Below are positions 49,579 to 61,263 of a stretch of DNA of 64,000 bases, in pieces. Each line of letters starts with the position of its first letter. Within the stretch, counting starts at the first letter, position 1. The DNA comes from Bugula neritina (Eukaryota > Animalia > Bryozoa). The notes beneath the pieces were generated by a model, which ran no database searches, was not told where the DNA came from, and worked only from the letters and a program-made list of their open reading frames with translations. The translations under genes were made by a program, and so were the position numbers. The DNA is taken from contig OZ037767.1 of NCBI GenBank assembly GCA_964035545.1, forward strand, positions 23,266,628-23,330,627, given 5' to 3'.

Positions 49579-52500
49579 TCACTACTACTGCCACTACTAC
49601 CACCACTACTACCACCACTACTACTACCACCACTACTACTACAGCCACTACTACCGCCACCGCCACTGCCACTGCCACTGCCACTACCACTACTATTACT
49701 ACTACTACTGCAATTATAACCACTGCCACCACCACCATGCAAATCGTTAGAAGATGCTTTGTAGCAGTACACAACTTGAACAATTCCTGCATAAATAAAA
49801 CATATATATGTATATAAACAGTTTCACTTTGAGAATAATGACTTGGTCTCTTTTAACATAGTGACATCATAAGTTTTTGAGAATGAGAAAAAAAATTGTT
49901 TATGTCTAACATTACAATGCCAGTAGGTATGTGTACAATTTAAAAAAGGTCTTGCTACAGTCTTAAATAGTATTCAGTTCGTGCATGCAGTTTTTAACAT
50001 TTGTAGTAGTCTATACTATATTATATGTAGACATGCACATAGTCAGGTATAAACACTGCAAATTAACACCGAACTACAAATTAAAAATGGTATGTGGGGT
50101 ATGTTATTTATTCATCATCAGCTAAATTTCCTTCTAAGTTGTAATCTTAAATACCATATTTCAGCTGTTTTGTAGCCCATGACTGTCGACAGCCAGTAGT
50201 GAAGGACTACCAAAGCCCTCACCACTGGGAGAGCAAAATACTTGCCTATGGTCTTAATGCGACCTGTGACAGTGTGAACATAACACACACCAGACCCATC
50301 TTAAAGTTTGAGGAAAAGAGGTGAGGATATTTGAGTAAAATGCTTACGTTTTTAAAAAAATTACTTACTGAATGTGACCAGGCTTTCAGAGCTAGCTAAT
50401 AACTTTCTTTCTTAGACCTGACAAGCTTCTCTTCCATATTGGGAACTCTGTCAGAAAGTCTGGAAAAGGAGAAGCTGAGTTTCACTGCCCCAAAGGGCTA
50501 GCAGTTACAAGTTCTGGAGAGATCATAGTGGCTGATTCAGGCAATCACAGAGTGCAAGTGTTCAACCAATATGGAGTGTTGGTGAAGCAGTTCGGCAAGT
50601 TTGGAGTTAACGAAGGGGAGTTCAACACGCCCACCAGTAAGTAGAAGCATGAAACTACCATTTTGGGCTACACAATGCAAATGCATATCTTTTAGCATGC
50701 ACAGTTGATTCTAATTTGTACTATTTTCCTATGTCTAATATGTAAAACTACCAAAGTTATGACGGTTGCGTGTTATACTACAGCGTATATGATGGTAAAG
50801 TATCATAATTATAGTAAAGCTACATATGTAGCAAATTATGTAACATTTCGCATTCAACTCAGCATAATACAATATCTACCCTACTAAAGTGGGTGAAGCA
50901 TCAGAGAAATTTCGACAGTGGTAGCTTTAACAATTCAAACTGGTGCTTTAACCAAAATACTATATGCAAAGCATTAAAGAAAATTCTAGCTACTGGATGT
51001 GATATGACGATATACAGTGATGCACAATAGTAGCTTTAATAGCAAATATTTTTGAATTTAAGTCTGAAATATGTACTTTTTATTCTTGCATATTATACAC
51101 TATATAAAACGTATCATAAATCTGCATATCAAGATATAAGGTAATATACATATAAATATATAATATGTAAATCTGTTTTCATAGTTTGTGCTGTGCTAAT
51201 TATAGGTATTGCTGTTACTTCAAATGATGAGGTGATAGTGGCTGACCAGCTGAACAGGAGGATACAGACATTCACAAGGAGGAAAGTATTTAAAGACTCC
51301 TTCAGTACAAATGACTTCCCATGTTCTGTGGCCACTGATATCTTCTACAATGTGGTTGTGGGAACAACGAAGAAGACCATAGAAATATATAGGAGAGGAG
51401 GAAAACTTGTCAACAGATTTTCTACTTTACCAGACTCAGAGCTGGTGCGTAAGGTTCTGCTATTAAAGAGTGGCAAATAAATAGATTAAATTATAGCAAA
51501 CCCAATATTATATTTATATATATTTATTTAGGAGGCTGTACGCTGCATATATTAAAATATGGTAGGATTTTCAATGATGTAGGACCAAATTAAAACTATA
51601 ATCCTTATATTTCTAAACTTTTTATATTATATTAGCTTACTTTTTATTGTTCATGGCAAATATATGTTATTTTCAAAACTTACAACACTTTTGAAAATGC
51701 TTTCTTCTCTCATACTTTGGTCCATCATTTGTAGATTTGCGTTCATAAAATTCAGTTTGTTCATACAATACAGTTGAACAAAGTCACATTCTCATTTGTC
51801 ACTTAGTAAAATGAAGATTTTCATTTGTCACACTATGAGTAGAAATTCTACCAGATTTGAAGGTATTATATTATATTGTTTTATTGTTGTAGGATGAAGA
51901 TGGGAATGCTATTATATATGTTGGAATAAATGCTATGTCAAACTCTATAGTGGTGTGTGATCCTACAGATAGACTGATAAAGACATTTGATTACAATGGT
52001 AATTTGATTAAGAAGTTTGAACCATGCGGAGTGGAAGATGGCCTAGCGTGTGTTCCAACAGGAATCCATATCTTACTAAATGGGAATATTTGTGTTTGCG
52101 ACTCACTAAACCACACAGTAAGTATGGTCCACACACTAAGTATAACATACTGTAAGTATGGTACACAGTAGGTATAGCACTAAACCATGCTGTATAGAAA
52201 CCAAACTTATGTATAAAAAGTATATAAATTCAGAAAAAATGCATTGTAAGAAAAGTAGGCTGTAAGTGAAGTACGCATGTTGTTATAAGTATATATACAG
52301 AGTGAAATACAAGAACAAATGAAAAACCGATAGCATTTTCAGGATGGTTGAATATAGTGTGCTTATTCACAAAATTGATCTATATATCATATTTAATCTG
52401 AAGCTAATTGGTTTGAACCTATTTTTTTGATTAAGACTTGGAAACTTTTATTTTATAACTGATGATAGAAATCAGAAAAGATGTAATACGCTTTACTACA

Positions 52501-53074
52501 TCACATTTGAGCCATGCACTGTCTATAGATGATAGATTTATAGTTACGTGTCAATGCAAATATTGTATGGCATAGCACATGTATTGAAATATTCATATTA
52601 ATTCATTTGTAGTGCAGGTGTGTTGGGAAATAATAATATAGTTCTAACAACCTGTATATTTGTTCTTTAAATACAAACCATTTAGGAAAAATAAAAGGAA
52701 TTGTACATTTGGAACTCCCTGCAGCTCTATATAAAATACTGTATATTAGTATGTGTCTATGTACTGCAAATCATAGTAATGATGGACTCTACAGGTGTAT
52801 TATATTGTAGGTGGCAGTCTTTACTGAGAGTGGTGGGTTGGTCAAGAAGTTGATAGGACCAACTGATGGGTGTGGGTCGGTCCAGCAATGTGCTACAGGA
52901 CCAGAGGGCCATCTAATAACCACAGAGTATTCTGTGAATAACATTCACTGCATGAAGATATTTCGGTACAATGAATGTGAGTGCCATTGCTTTAGGCCAG
53001 GCTCTAGCAAACGACCTCCAACACCCAACAGATTTGAGGCTGTGACTAAAATAAGTTCTTTAGGCAAAGAATAG
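48046..53074 (+). CDS. NHL-repeat beta-propeller protein (TRIM2/3/71-like NHL domain; no RING/B-box seen), ~412 aa
   Basis: Exons 48046-48065 and 48716-48840 (tentative), then 50176-50320, 50416-50636, 51206-51444, 51893-52117, 52811-53074; the 1,239 nt total is in frame. NHL signatures: FHCPKGLAVTSSGEIIVADSGNHRVQVF, FNTPTSIAVTSNDEVIVADQLNRRIQTF, PTGIHILLNGNICVCDSLNHTVAVF. Confidence 0.88.
49440..49738. repeat. (CTA/CCA)n trinucleotide microsatellite in NHL-gene intron
   Basis: Compound triplet run; source of the poly-V, poly-G/S and poly-L/P ORFs. Confidence 0.95.
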
Positions 53075-53946
53075 TTGAAGAAATACAATTGTTGTAGATT
53101 TAGCTCTATATTTATTCTCAAAAATATCAGTGATGTTCTCAAACATATCTCATAAATATACCATATTAAAAAATATTTAAACTCTTTTGGTATTATAAAT
53201 ATAAAATCACATTCTCCAACATGAAGATTTGCAATTATCAATCACAGAGTAGGCGTTGCCTTGCTGATGCAACTTCAATGAGACTTTAGCAACAAAATAT
53301 CAAAAACATATCCCAATTTCATCAAGTCTAAAGTTGCGTTTATATCTTCACGATTTTCAGTTAGAAATGCAATTTCTCCGAGATGCATTGCATTATAAAA
53401 GCCACTCGTAAAAATTTTTGTACTGATTGGCCGAGTTCAGAATAATACTCAGTAGGAGTAATAACTCCTTGTAAACATCGTTAATTAATTATGACTTTGG
53501 TGATTAGATGACTTACTTATATTTTAATAATTATATCCCCTACACCTTCTCAATTATCGCTTTTAGGCTGTCAACTTCTCTAACTCACGACGTTTTCAAA
53601 GGGCATCAAATAGCAATCAGGCGAGTCAGATTTCCCTTTCAGAAAGTAAGCTTCCGCATGTATAAGATTTTAATGATTTCAAGTTCGACTATTAGAGGGT
53701 ACTCGGACAAGCATTATTAACTGAAACTCGGTACTTTTTTTAGCAGAGGTATAAACGCAACTTAAGAGTAATAAAATTACCGTATAAAATGATACAAACA
53801 GATCATAAAGTTCAAACATGGCAATAAACAACTTGCAAACATGATAATAAATTGAATGCGTTGAGGTAATGCAGCTGAGATTATAAATGATTCTGTCTGT
53901 CAGGAACTGAGAGTCCTGTTTAGTGGTGCAGCCCAGCAGCTGTCTG

Positions 53947-56900
53947 TCAGGAACTTCTAGAAGCTGCATCTGTTAAGTTATGTTGAAGTAGGATCTCTTT
54001 TGTTGGAGAATATGCACTGAAAAATTAAATTTAGGTTTCAGTTACTATGTTACAGGATAACATATAGAGCTGGTGCTTTAGGTACTAGTGAGTTAAGTAA
54101 TATGATAATAATATGTAGACTTAGTACATTAAATATTACATACTAGTATAATAAATAGACTGAGAACTTTAGGTACTATATACTCCTATAATTTGAGACC
54201 AAGTTTTTTACGCACTATATATTAGTATAATATATAGACTAACTTCTTTAGATACTACATACTGGAGCAGTATATAGGCTAAGTTCTTTAGGTGTAAATA
54301 AAAACAAATACTAGTTAAGACCAAAGGAAAATCAATGAACTAACCTGCCATTCCTGAGGATAATGAACTGTCCAGGTGTACTCAGGTCTACGACTGTTGA
54401 GCCAAGTCGCTGAGTTACATTTTCACCCAGAGTACCGCCATCATATACAACACTTAAATGTGGCCATAACTCCTCAAACTCCTGCATCACACACAACACA
54501 ATGCAATTAGATTTAAAACTAATGACAAGTTTACAATGGACATACACACAATATTAGCGTGTCATAGAGCTGTAGGGTACACACAGAAGGCAAGATTAGA
54601 TTCAACAAACAATGTGCATTGCAGATATGAACCACTGAATGCTTTATCACTAAATTCCTTTAGGAGCTAGTGTATGCCCGATGGTGTTATACATTTAGTA
54701 TAAAATATAAAAATACTGCAGCATTTTGCGAGAATATCACTTTATACGATGTTTCTTTGACCTAGTGGTTAGAGCACTGGCCTGCCTAGTGTGCTCAAGT
54801 CAATGATTCGAATCTCGGTGAAATCAATAAAACCCTTAGACAAAAATGACTTTACACGTATACATTTTACAAGCAGTACCACAACTACTCCACAAGAAAG
54901 ACTCAAGATCGAGGAAAAAGACTTACTTGAATGCATACAGGGCTGAGACAGCTACTAATATTAGCTGAGGTGAGAGCCAATGGTTGGTCCAATTCATTGC
55001 ATAACCTCTGAAGAAAAGGATAATTGGGTATTCTAATGCCAACGAGTGATGTATTTGGGTTTAGCATAGGATTGAGAGCTTCCTTCCTCTTGAATACAAG
55101 AGTGACAGGACCAGGTAGTAAAGCCTTGAGCAGAGTATGATCTATAGTAACTTCACACCATCTGCAATACGGCAATCACATGATTATCGTGTAAAATCAA
55201 ACTTGAAACAGGCTGATTGTAGATGAGGTGTGAGACTGAGAAACCTGTTACAAACTTACTTATACACCTGATCGATATTGCCAACGCATATCGCTAGGGG
55301 TTTGCTTTCAATACGCCTTTTGATATCATAGATCTTTTGAACAGCAGTTTCGTTCTGAGCCGATGCAGCTAAGCCATATATAGTATCCGTAGGTACCGCT
55401 ATTACTCCACCAGAGCACAGAGCTGTAATACCTGCAGCTAAATCACTCGACTCACCTAAAATAGTAAGTAAAGGTAGGTAGGTGGGTAGGTAAAGAGGTT
55501 CGAACAAAGTTAATATCTTATAAATAAAATCTGGCGACATGGTTCAAATTCGCCTAAAATAGTGAATATAGGTAAGCAGTAGTAGAGAGGTTTGGATAAA
55601 TTCAATATATATATTGCTAAAATCAATGAAATGCTACTTCAGATGTATAAGTCCAAAAAAATTAACTAGCTGGTTTAAATGAAATCTGGCCACATGTTTC
55701 AAATTTGAACAAAAAGACTAGCTGTTTTGTACACAACACATGATACCTATGCTTAAAGAGTAGCTGTAAAAACTATTTAAAGGATTGCTCAATCTTAGTT
55801 TATTACAATCACATTATAATTATAAACTATAATTTAATGTGTATGCAAACAATTGTGACTTTGCAAAGGGATATGTGCCTAGAAAACAGTTTTTCAAAAT
55901 TCCAATTTTGAGGGCGGTAAAATTTTCAGCCATGAAAAAGAATAGCCTAATACGTGACGTGTGAACGCCAGTAACTATGCTGCACGTGCTAACTATAACG
56001 CTAGTATTCAAGGTTGCTGAGCACTATATCAGCCAATAACGCAGTTACAGTGCGCTATATAGGTCAGCTTTGGTGTGCCCGTAATATTGCACAATCTGAC
56101 CTAGTTTAGATCGATCGCAGGCATTCATCCTAAAGAATGCATGTTTTTGCAATGCTTTTTTTCTAATGGTTACAAGCAAAATATGGCCTAATGTTATTAC
56201 ATACATGTTATTTAAAATGTCAAAAAACTATAGATTGAGATAATTCACATTTGCACTTCTATAAATATACAAATTACGAGCTGAAAGATCACATCTCACA
56301 GTCATACTTCTATAGTTATTCATTTGTATAGTCACGTGACCAGCAGGAATGCTGGCGCTGTTACGTCACATTTCCCAGCTCATTTCAAAATCGTCGTTTT
56401 GGCTGTTACCAATCTACACCCTCAACTTTAACTAACTTTTTCTACCTTTGATCAAATGCTTTTTGTCAATTCATGCTTAGAAAAACACAATATTATGTGT
56501 GTTTGACTTAAATGGCCATTTATTAGACAAGATAGAGCAATCCTTTAAGGCCTTGAATAGAAACTGATGATAGTAGCTACTTATTTTCAGCTGACACTCT
56601 GCAATACCTCCACCTACATTGTATCAACTAAGTTGACATACTTAAATACTGTCAGCTGGTGTAAGTGCTACAGATACTATTTAAAATACTTACTTTCTTT
56701 GAAAAGAGTTTTCATGCCAGGAGTAGATGATGCTAAACTATGGTAGTTGTTACACAGCCTTGAAGTTGTCACACCACGCACTTTGCAGACTAAATTATGA
56801 TATTCCACTTTACAAAACCTTTGGCCACAAGCAGAATTGGAGAATGATCTACGATGTCGGATATTAACCACAGAGACTCCTCTAGTTGTGACGCTGCTGA

Positions 56901-56952
56901 AGCTGAATAAACTTTGAAGAACAGGTGCGGAGATTTTACTGAGATTAAGCAT
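53947..56952 (-). CDS. YRDC: Threonylcarbamoyl-AMP synthase (YrdC/Sua5 family), ~298 aa with N-terminal mitochondrial-type presequence
   Basis: Exons 56694-56952, 55260-55455, 54927-55161, 54345-54481, 53947-54016 (897 nt, GT-AG, in frame). Motifs GGVIAVPTDTIYGLA, IYDIKRRIESKPLAICV, LLPGPVTLV, VGIRIP, PLALTSANIS, GSTVVDLS are YrdC-domain hallmarks. Confidence 0.95.
54761..54837 (+). mobile_element. SINE/tRNA-like head fragment in YRDC intron
   Basis: CCTAGTGGTTAGAGCACTGGCC...GATTCGAATCTC gives A/B-box-like motifs resembling the SINE head; no complete cloverleaf. Confidence 0.5.
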
Positions 56953-59613
56953 CAACCTGTATGAAAACAAACACTAAGTTAAAGTGTAAACTATCTTGGA
57001 AATACACATTATTGAAAAATCGATGTCTGAACACACAGTCTTATACTAAACCGATATAAAGTACAAACAAATTACTTGCAAAATTCTGCTTATGAAGCAA
57101 TTAAAAATAGTAGCAAATATAAACAAAAAAGATTAGTGGTATGAATACTATTGCAAGAAAGTGTACCAATTTTTCCGTTTGATCTAATTTATAAAATTAT
57201 AACGAGTGCTTGAAGAACTACCTACAGAGAACATATCTAAAACCCACAATTTCAACAGCCTAAACAATGTTATATTTGATAATATTTTTAAAAAATCATT
57301 ATAATTGATAGTTATATGAAGATTGATTATTTACTGTTTCAATTTTGAACCCAACTTCTCACAAGGGATAGTTTTTATTATCTAAAAATAACTCATTTTA
57401 TATACATATATATTCTTATTTTGTAGCCATTTTATCATGCTGCTTAATATATTTTTGCATAAGTAAATGTCATTTTAATAGTTTCTTAATAGTTTTGTTG
57501 CTATTGTTAGTAAATAATTTAGCTGTACATGGATATGTTGTATAAAATTCTGACTGTTAGTGAGACAATTTCATTCAGTAAGCAAGCCTGATTAAAAAGT
57601 TTACACCTAAATGTTGTTGCTAATAAAAACTATGTACTATTTAGAATATGAAAAATTAATAGCCGTCCATAAACTTAGGTTTTGGAACTTAAAGCCATTT
57701 CCAACTGTGATTTGTTTTAAATAATAATATATCATATTTTACTGAGCGTCATTCACTAAATATTTACACATGTTGTATGTCATATGTGTTTCACTGTTGG
57801 TTCAATTTGTTGAGTTTACTTCATTTATGAGAAGATGACTAGGTTAGTTGAAAATCAAAATGTTTTAAATTTGTTCATTTTTTTCTGTGATGATAACGTA
57901 CATTGAATTTGATTTTGAAAAGAGTTCAAATTCAATTTTATGCAAATTATTAAACGTTTTATTGCTAGCCATATTGATAATGATATAGACGGAGTCTGAT
58001 AATTATAATGGCTCCAATGAAAATGATTATGATAATCATTATCAATATGAATACGAGTATCAGTACAAGTAAGAACTATGATTATTATGATATATTTTTA
58101 CTACTAGTACTAGTAGTGGTAGTGACTAGTACTACTAGTACTCAACTAGTAGTAGTAGATAAAATGATAAATATAATCATTATGATTATGGTATCGATAA
58201 TGATTATCATTACCATATTGAATTTGACTGTCCTCTAACTCTAAGTTTAATTTAAACTTCAAGTAACATTGACTACTACAAATAGTTGCTTGAAGTTGAA
58301 ATTAAATGTAGAGGACAAGGTGAAGGTATCCGTATACGTGAGAGAGCCGGAGTAGGTAAAGGTGTATTATAATTATTAAATTTAATATTAATATAAATAT
58401 TATTATGCATTGAGAGAGGTAATCGCTAATCCGAATAGTAATATTATTACTCTAAGTGAAAGTCAAATTGAAATACAAATATTACTATATATATTACAAA
58501 TATTGCTAATAACTATAAGTAATACTAATAGTATTACACTTACTATTTCAATTTCAATTTGACTGTTAGACTTACTCTTACTCTTAGTGTTTGAGTTTGA
58601 GTACTCGGACTTCCTCTCGCAAGGACAAAAGTAAAACTATAAGTAAAACACACCTTAGGCTTATCCTACAGACATATGACCAAGTCTACAAGAATGAAAG
58701 TATCAGTATTAGCATGAATGTCAAGTAAGAAAAAAAGTAAGTGGTAACTTAAACTTTTAGAAAATTCCCATTCAACATGGGAAGCTGATGAAACTCGTTG
58801 ACACTTGGAGTAGAGCGTGCTGAATTAATCTGGCAAAAGGTCAGGGTCAATCGCATGGTGACAGCTGTCTATCCTATGCACATAATAAACACTTTTGAAT
58901 GTATGGTTGTCTGAGAGATCAATCATTCACATTTTCGATAGTTTCACCCACTGAGCTGGAATAGACCTATATTATTATTGAGTTCATTGGTTTCACCACT
59001 GAGCTGGAATTATTGAGTTCATTGGTTTCACCATTAGAGTGCAACTCCTTTTAGTTTTATTAATAGACGTTACATTTGACGGATCAAATTAGTGACTTTA
59101 GTAAAAAGAATGAAAATACAAAGAAAAAGAACTTGACAATAAAATGCTGCGTTATAAAGTTATAATATGCTATAAGTAGAAACATGACAAAAAATAAAGA
59201 AGATAACTTTGCTAAATTCGTGCAAAATCCTAAAAACATCCTACGTACGGCTACAAGTACAAGCAAAGAAAAAGCTGAAGCTAATAAAATAATTATCGCT
59301 ATTGAGCTCATCTCAGAGAAAAAAGTTAAAGGCTTTGCTTGAAAGTGATATATAAAAATCTTTTAACCTGACATAATTTTGTATTTCAAACAAAAGCAGA
59401 TATGTTTTACCATTGAAATATTATAATACAAAATTTATTTCATTCCAAAGTATATTGTTGTTATTGTACACCCTGATCACAGGAGGTAGAGTTAGACAAA
59501 AGCATAGAGTTATCTTCTCGATGTATTGAAGCCTGCTCTGTGTGTCATGTTGCAATATCACTTTGATTTAAATTAGTCATTATTTACGGAAGGGCAATTT
59601 CTTCGCCCAAGGC

Positions 59614-59622
59614 GTCACATGA
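59614..59622. promoter_or_regulatory. M-box/CLEAR-like E-box (GTCACATGA) in the putative YRDC/M6PR divergent promoter region
   Basis: The motif lies in a locally CpG-richer patch (~59585-59730) upstream of a lysosomal-sorting receptor gene; a variant TCAAGTGAC lies ~40 bp downstream. Function is inferred. Confidence 0.35.
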
Positions 59623-61263
59623 TTTTCGGTGTAGCGCTAGCTGAACATCGTGATCAAGTGACTGTGATGTAAACATTCACACCAACACTCACGCTGTGAT
59701 TCAGATTGTTCAAAGAAATCGCACGAGTTTTATCAGAACCATTACAAGTATCATAATGACACAATAATAATAGATTAAAGTAACTGAAATATTTCTAAAA
59801 TTAAATCATGAAGCTTATGTTCAAGTAATGTTCACATGTATTTTTAATTTTAGTTTTACTTTTAGTTTTACTTTCTTTTACTTTTAGTTTTACTTTGTTT
59901 TGTATAAGTATTACTATTAGTATTAGTATTACTCAATTACAATTACTATTGCTATTAGTATTAATATTGCCATTGGGCTTGGCAGTTGCACTCACAGAGA
60001 CACTTTACAGTTACTGATAGTGATAGAGTTACACTTGCTCTTACTCTTATTGTCTTACTCTTAGTCTTAGTCTTACTCTTAGTCTTACTCTAGTGTTGCT
60101 GTTGCTGTTAATGTTACACTTGGTCTTACTTACAGATTGTATCACGGTTAGTCGTTAGAGACTTACTCTTAATGTTGATGTCAGTCATAGACAATCATAA
60201 TAATACTGATATTGCGTCTCATACTGATACTCATAGTCATGCTCATAGTAAAAACAGATACTGATAGTCAAAACTGGTAGTGATGGTGTAAGTGTTGCAC
60301 TAACACTTAAGCCTTACTGCTTAGAACTAAAAGTTAGTCTTACACCTTAACCTATAGGCTTCAGTAATTATAGCTATAAGTATAAGATCAAGTGCAAGTT
60401 AGTGTAATTATAAGTATAACTGTATAACTACTTACTCGAAGTGATCATCACATTGGATTGCCATAAAGTAGAGGCACAAGGAATGCGCCACACAGCCATA
60501 TGCTTATGGTTAATAAGTTAGTCATACAAGTGGTACTAGTAATAGTTGGACTATATGAAGTTTTCACTTCACGTTCTCAAGACTTATGTATTTTTGTGGT
60601 TTCTGGTCCCTAAGTAGAGTCTAATGCTCATTTACCACTGAATAAACTACTTGGGCCGCAGATTGGATTTCATCTTTTTTTCTAACATTCAAAACCTTTG
60701 ACCATCTTTCATACAACCTTTCTTATATAACCAACCAACCTTGTGGGTCTACGCCTAGTATATTGCTGATTACTAATTGTATTTACCAACAGCTTTCTAT
60801 AAATAGCTAAAAATTAAAAGGCTATTTTTTAATGCAACAGTAAGTTAAGCTGAGTCATTCTAGCTTTGCAATTGAGTTAGCAATAGGAACTAGTAGTGAA
60901 CCTGCCACGAACTCTGGCCCAGATGATTTAAAAAAACAAACTTTATAGACTATATTAACTGAACAAGAGTTTTAATCCTGTCTATGCAGGATCATAGTCT
61001 CTGAACTGTTGCCTTAGTTTGTTTGTTTGTTTGTTTTATTTTGTCGTAGTTGGAGAAAAAAAATTAATTGAGAAAAAATAAACAAAATGACAGGGCCTAT
61101 GGCGCAATAGCACCGTGTCCAATCTTCAGGTCACTAATAGTTTTTGGGGAAAACGCTGTTCAAGTACTTAGTATCGTTAACTCCTGCTGACAAAAGAGAT
61201 ATGTTGTTTGCTAAAAGTTTTGACTGAACATTATTTTCAACAGAATCAAGATTGCTATTATTA

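Noticed and set aside
49403-49792. Poly-Val, Gly/Ser and Leu/Pro ORFs
   Set aside because: Trinucleotide microsatellite in an intron.
53250-53830. CpG-richer intergenic block between the NHL and YRDC 3' ends (possible TE relic)
   Set aside because: No TIRs, TSD or second copy could be identified by eye.
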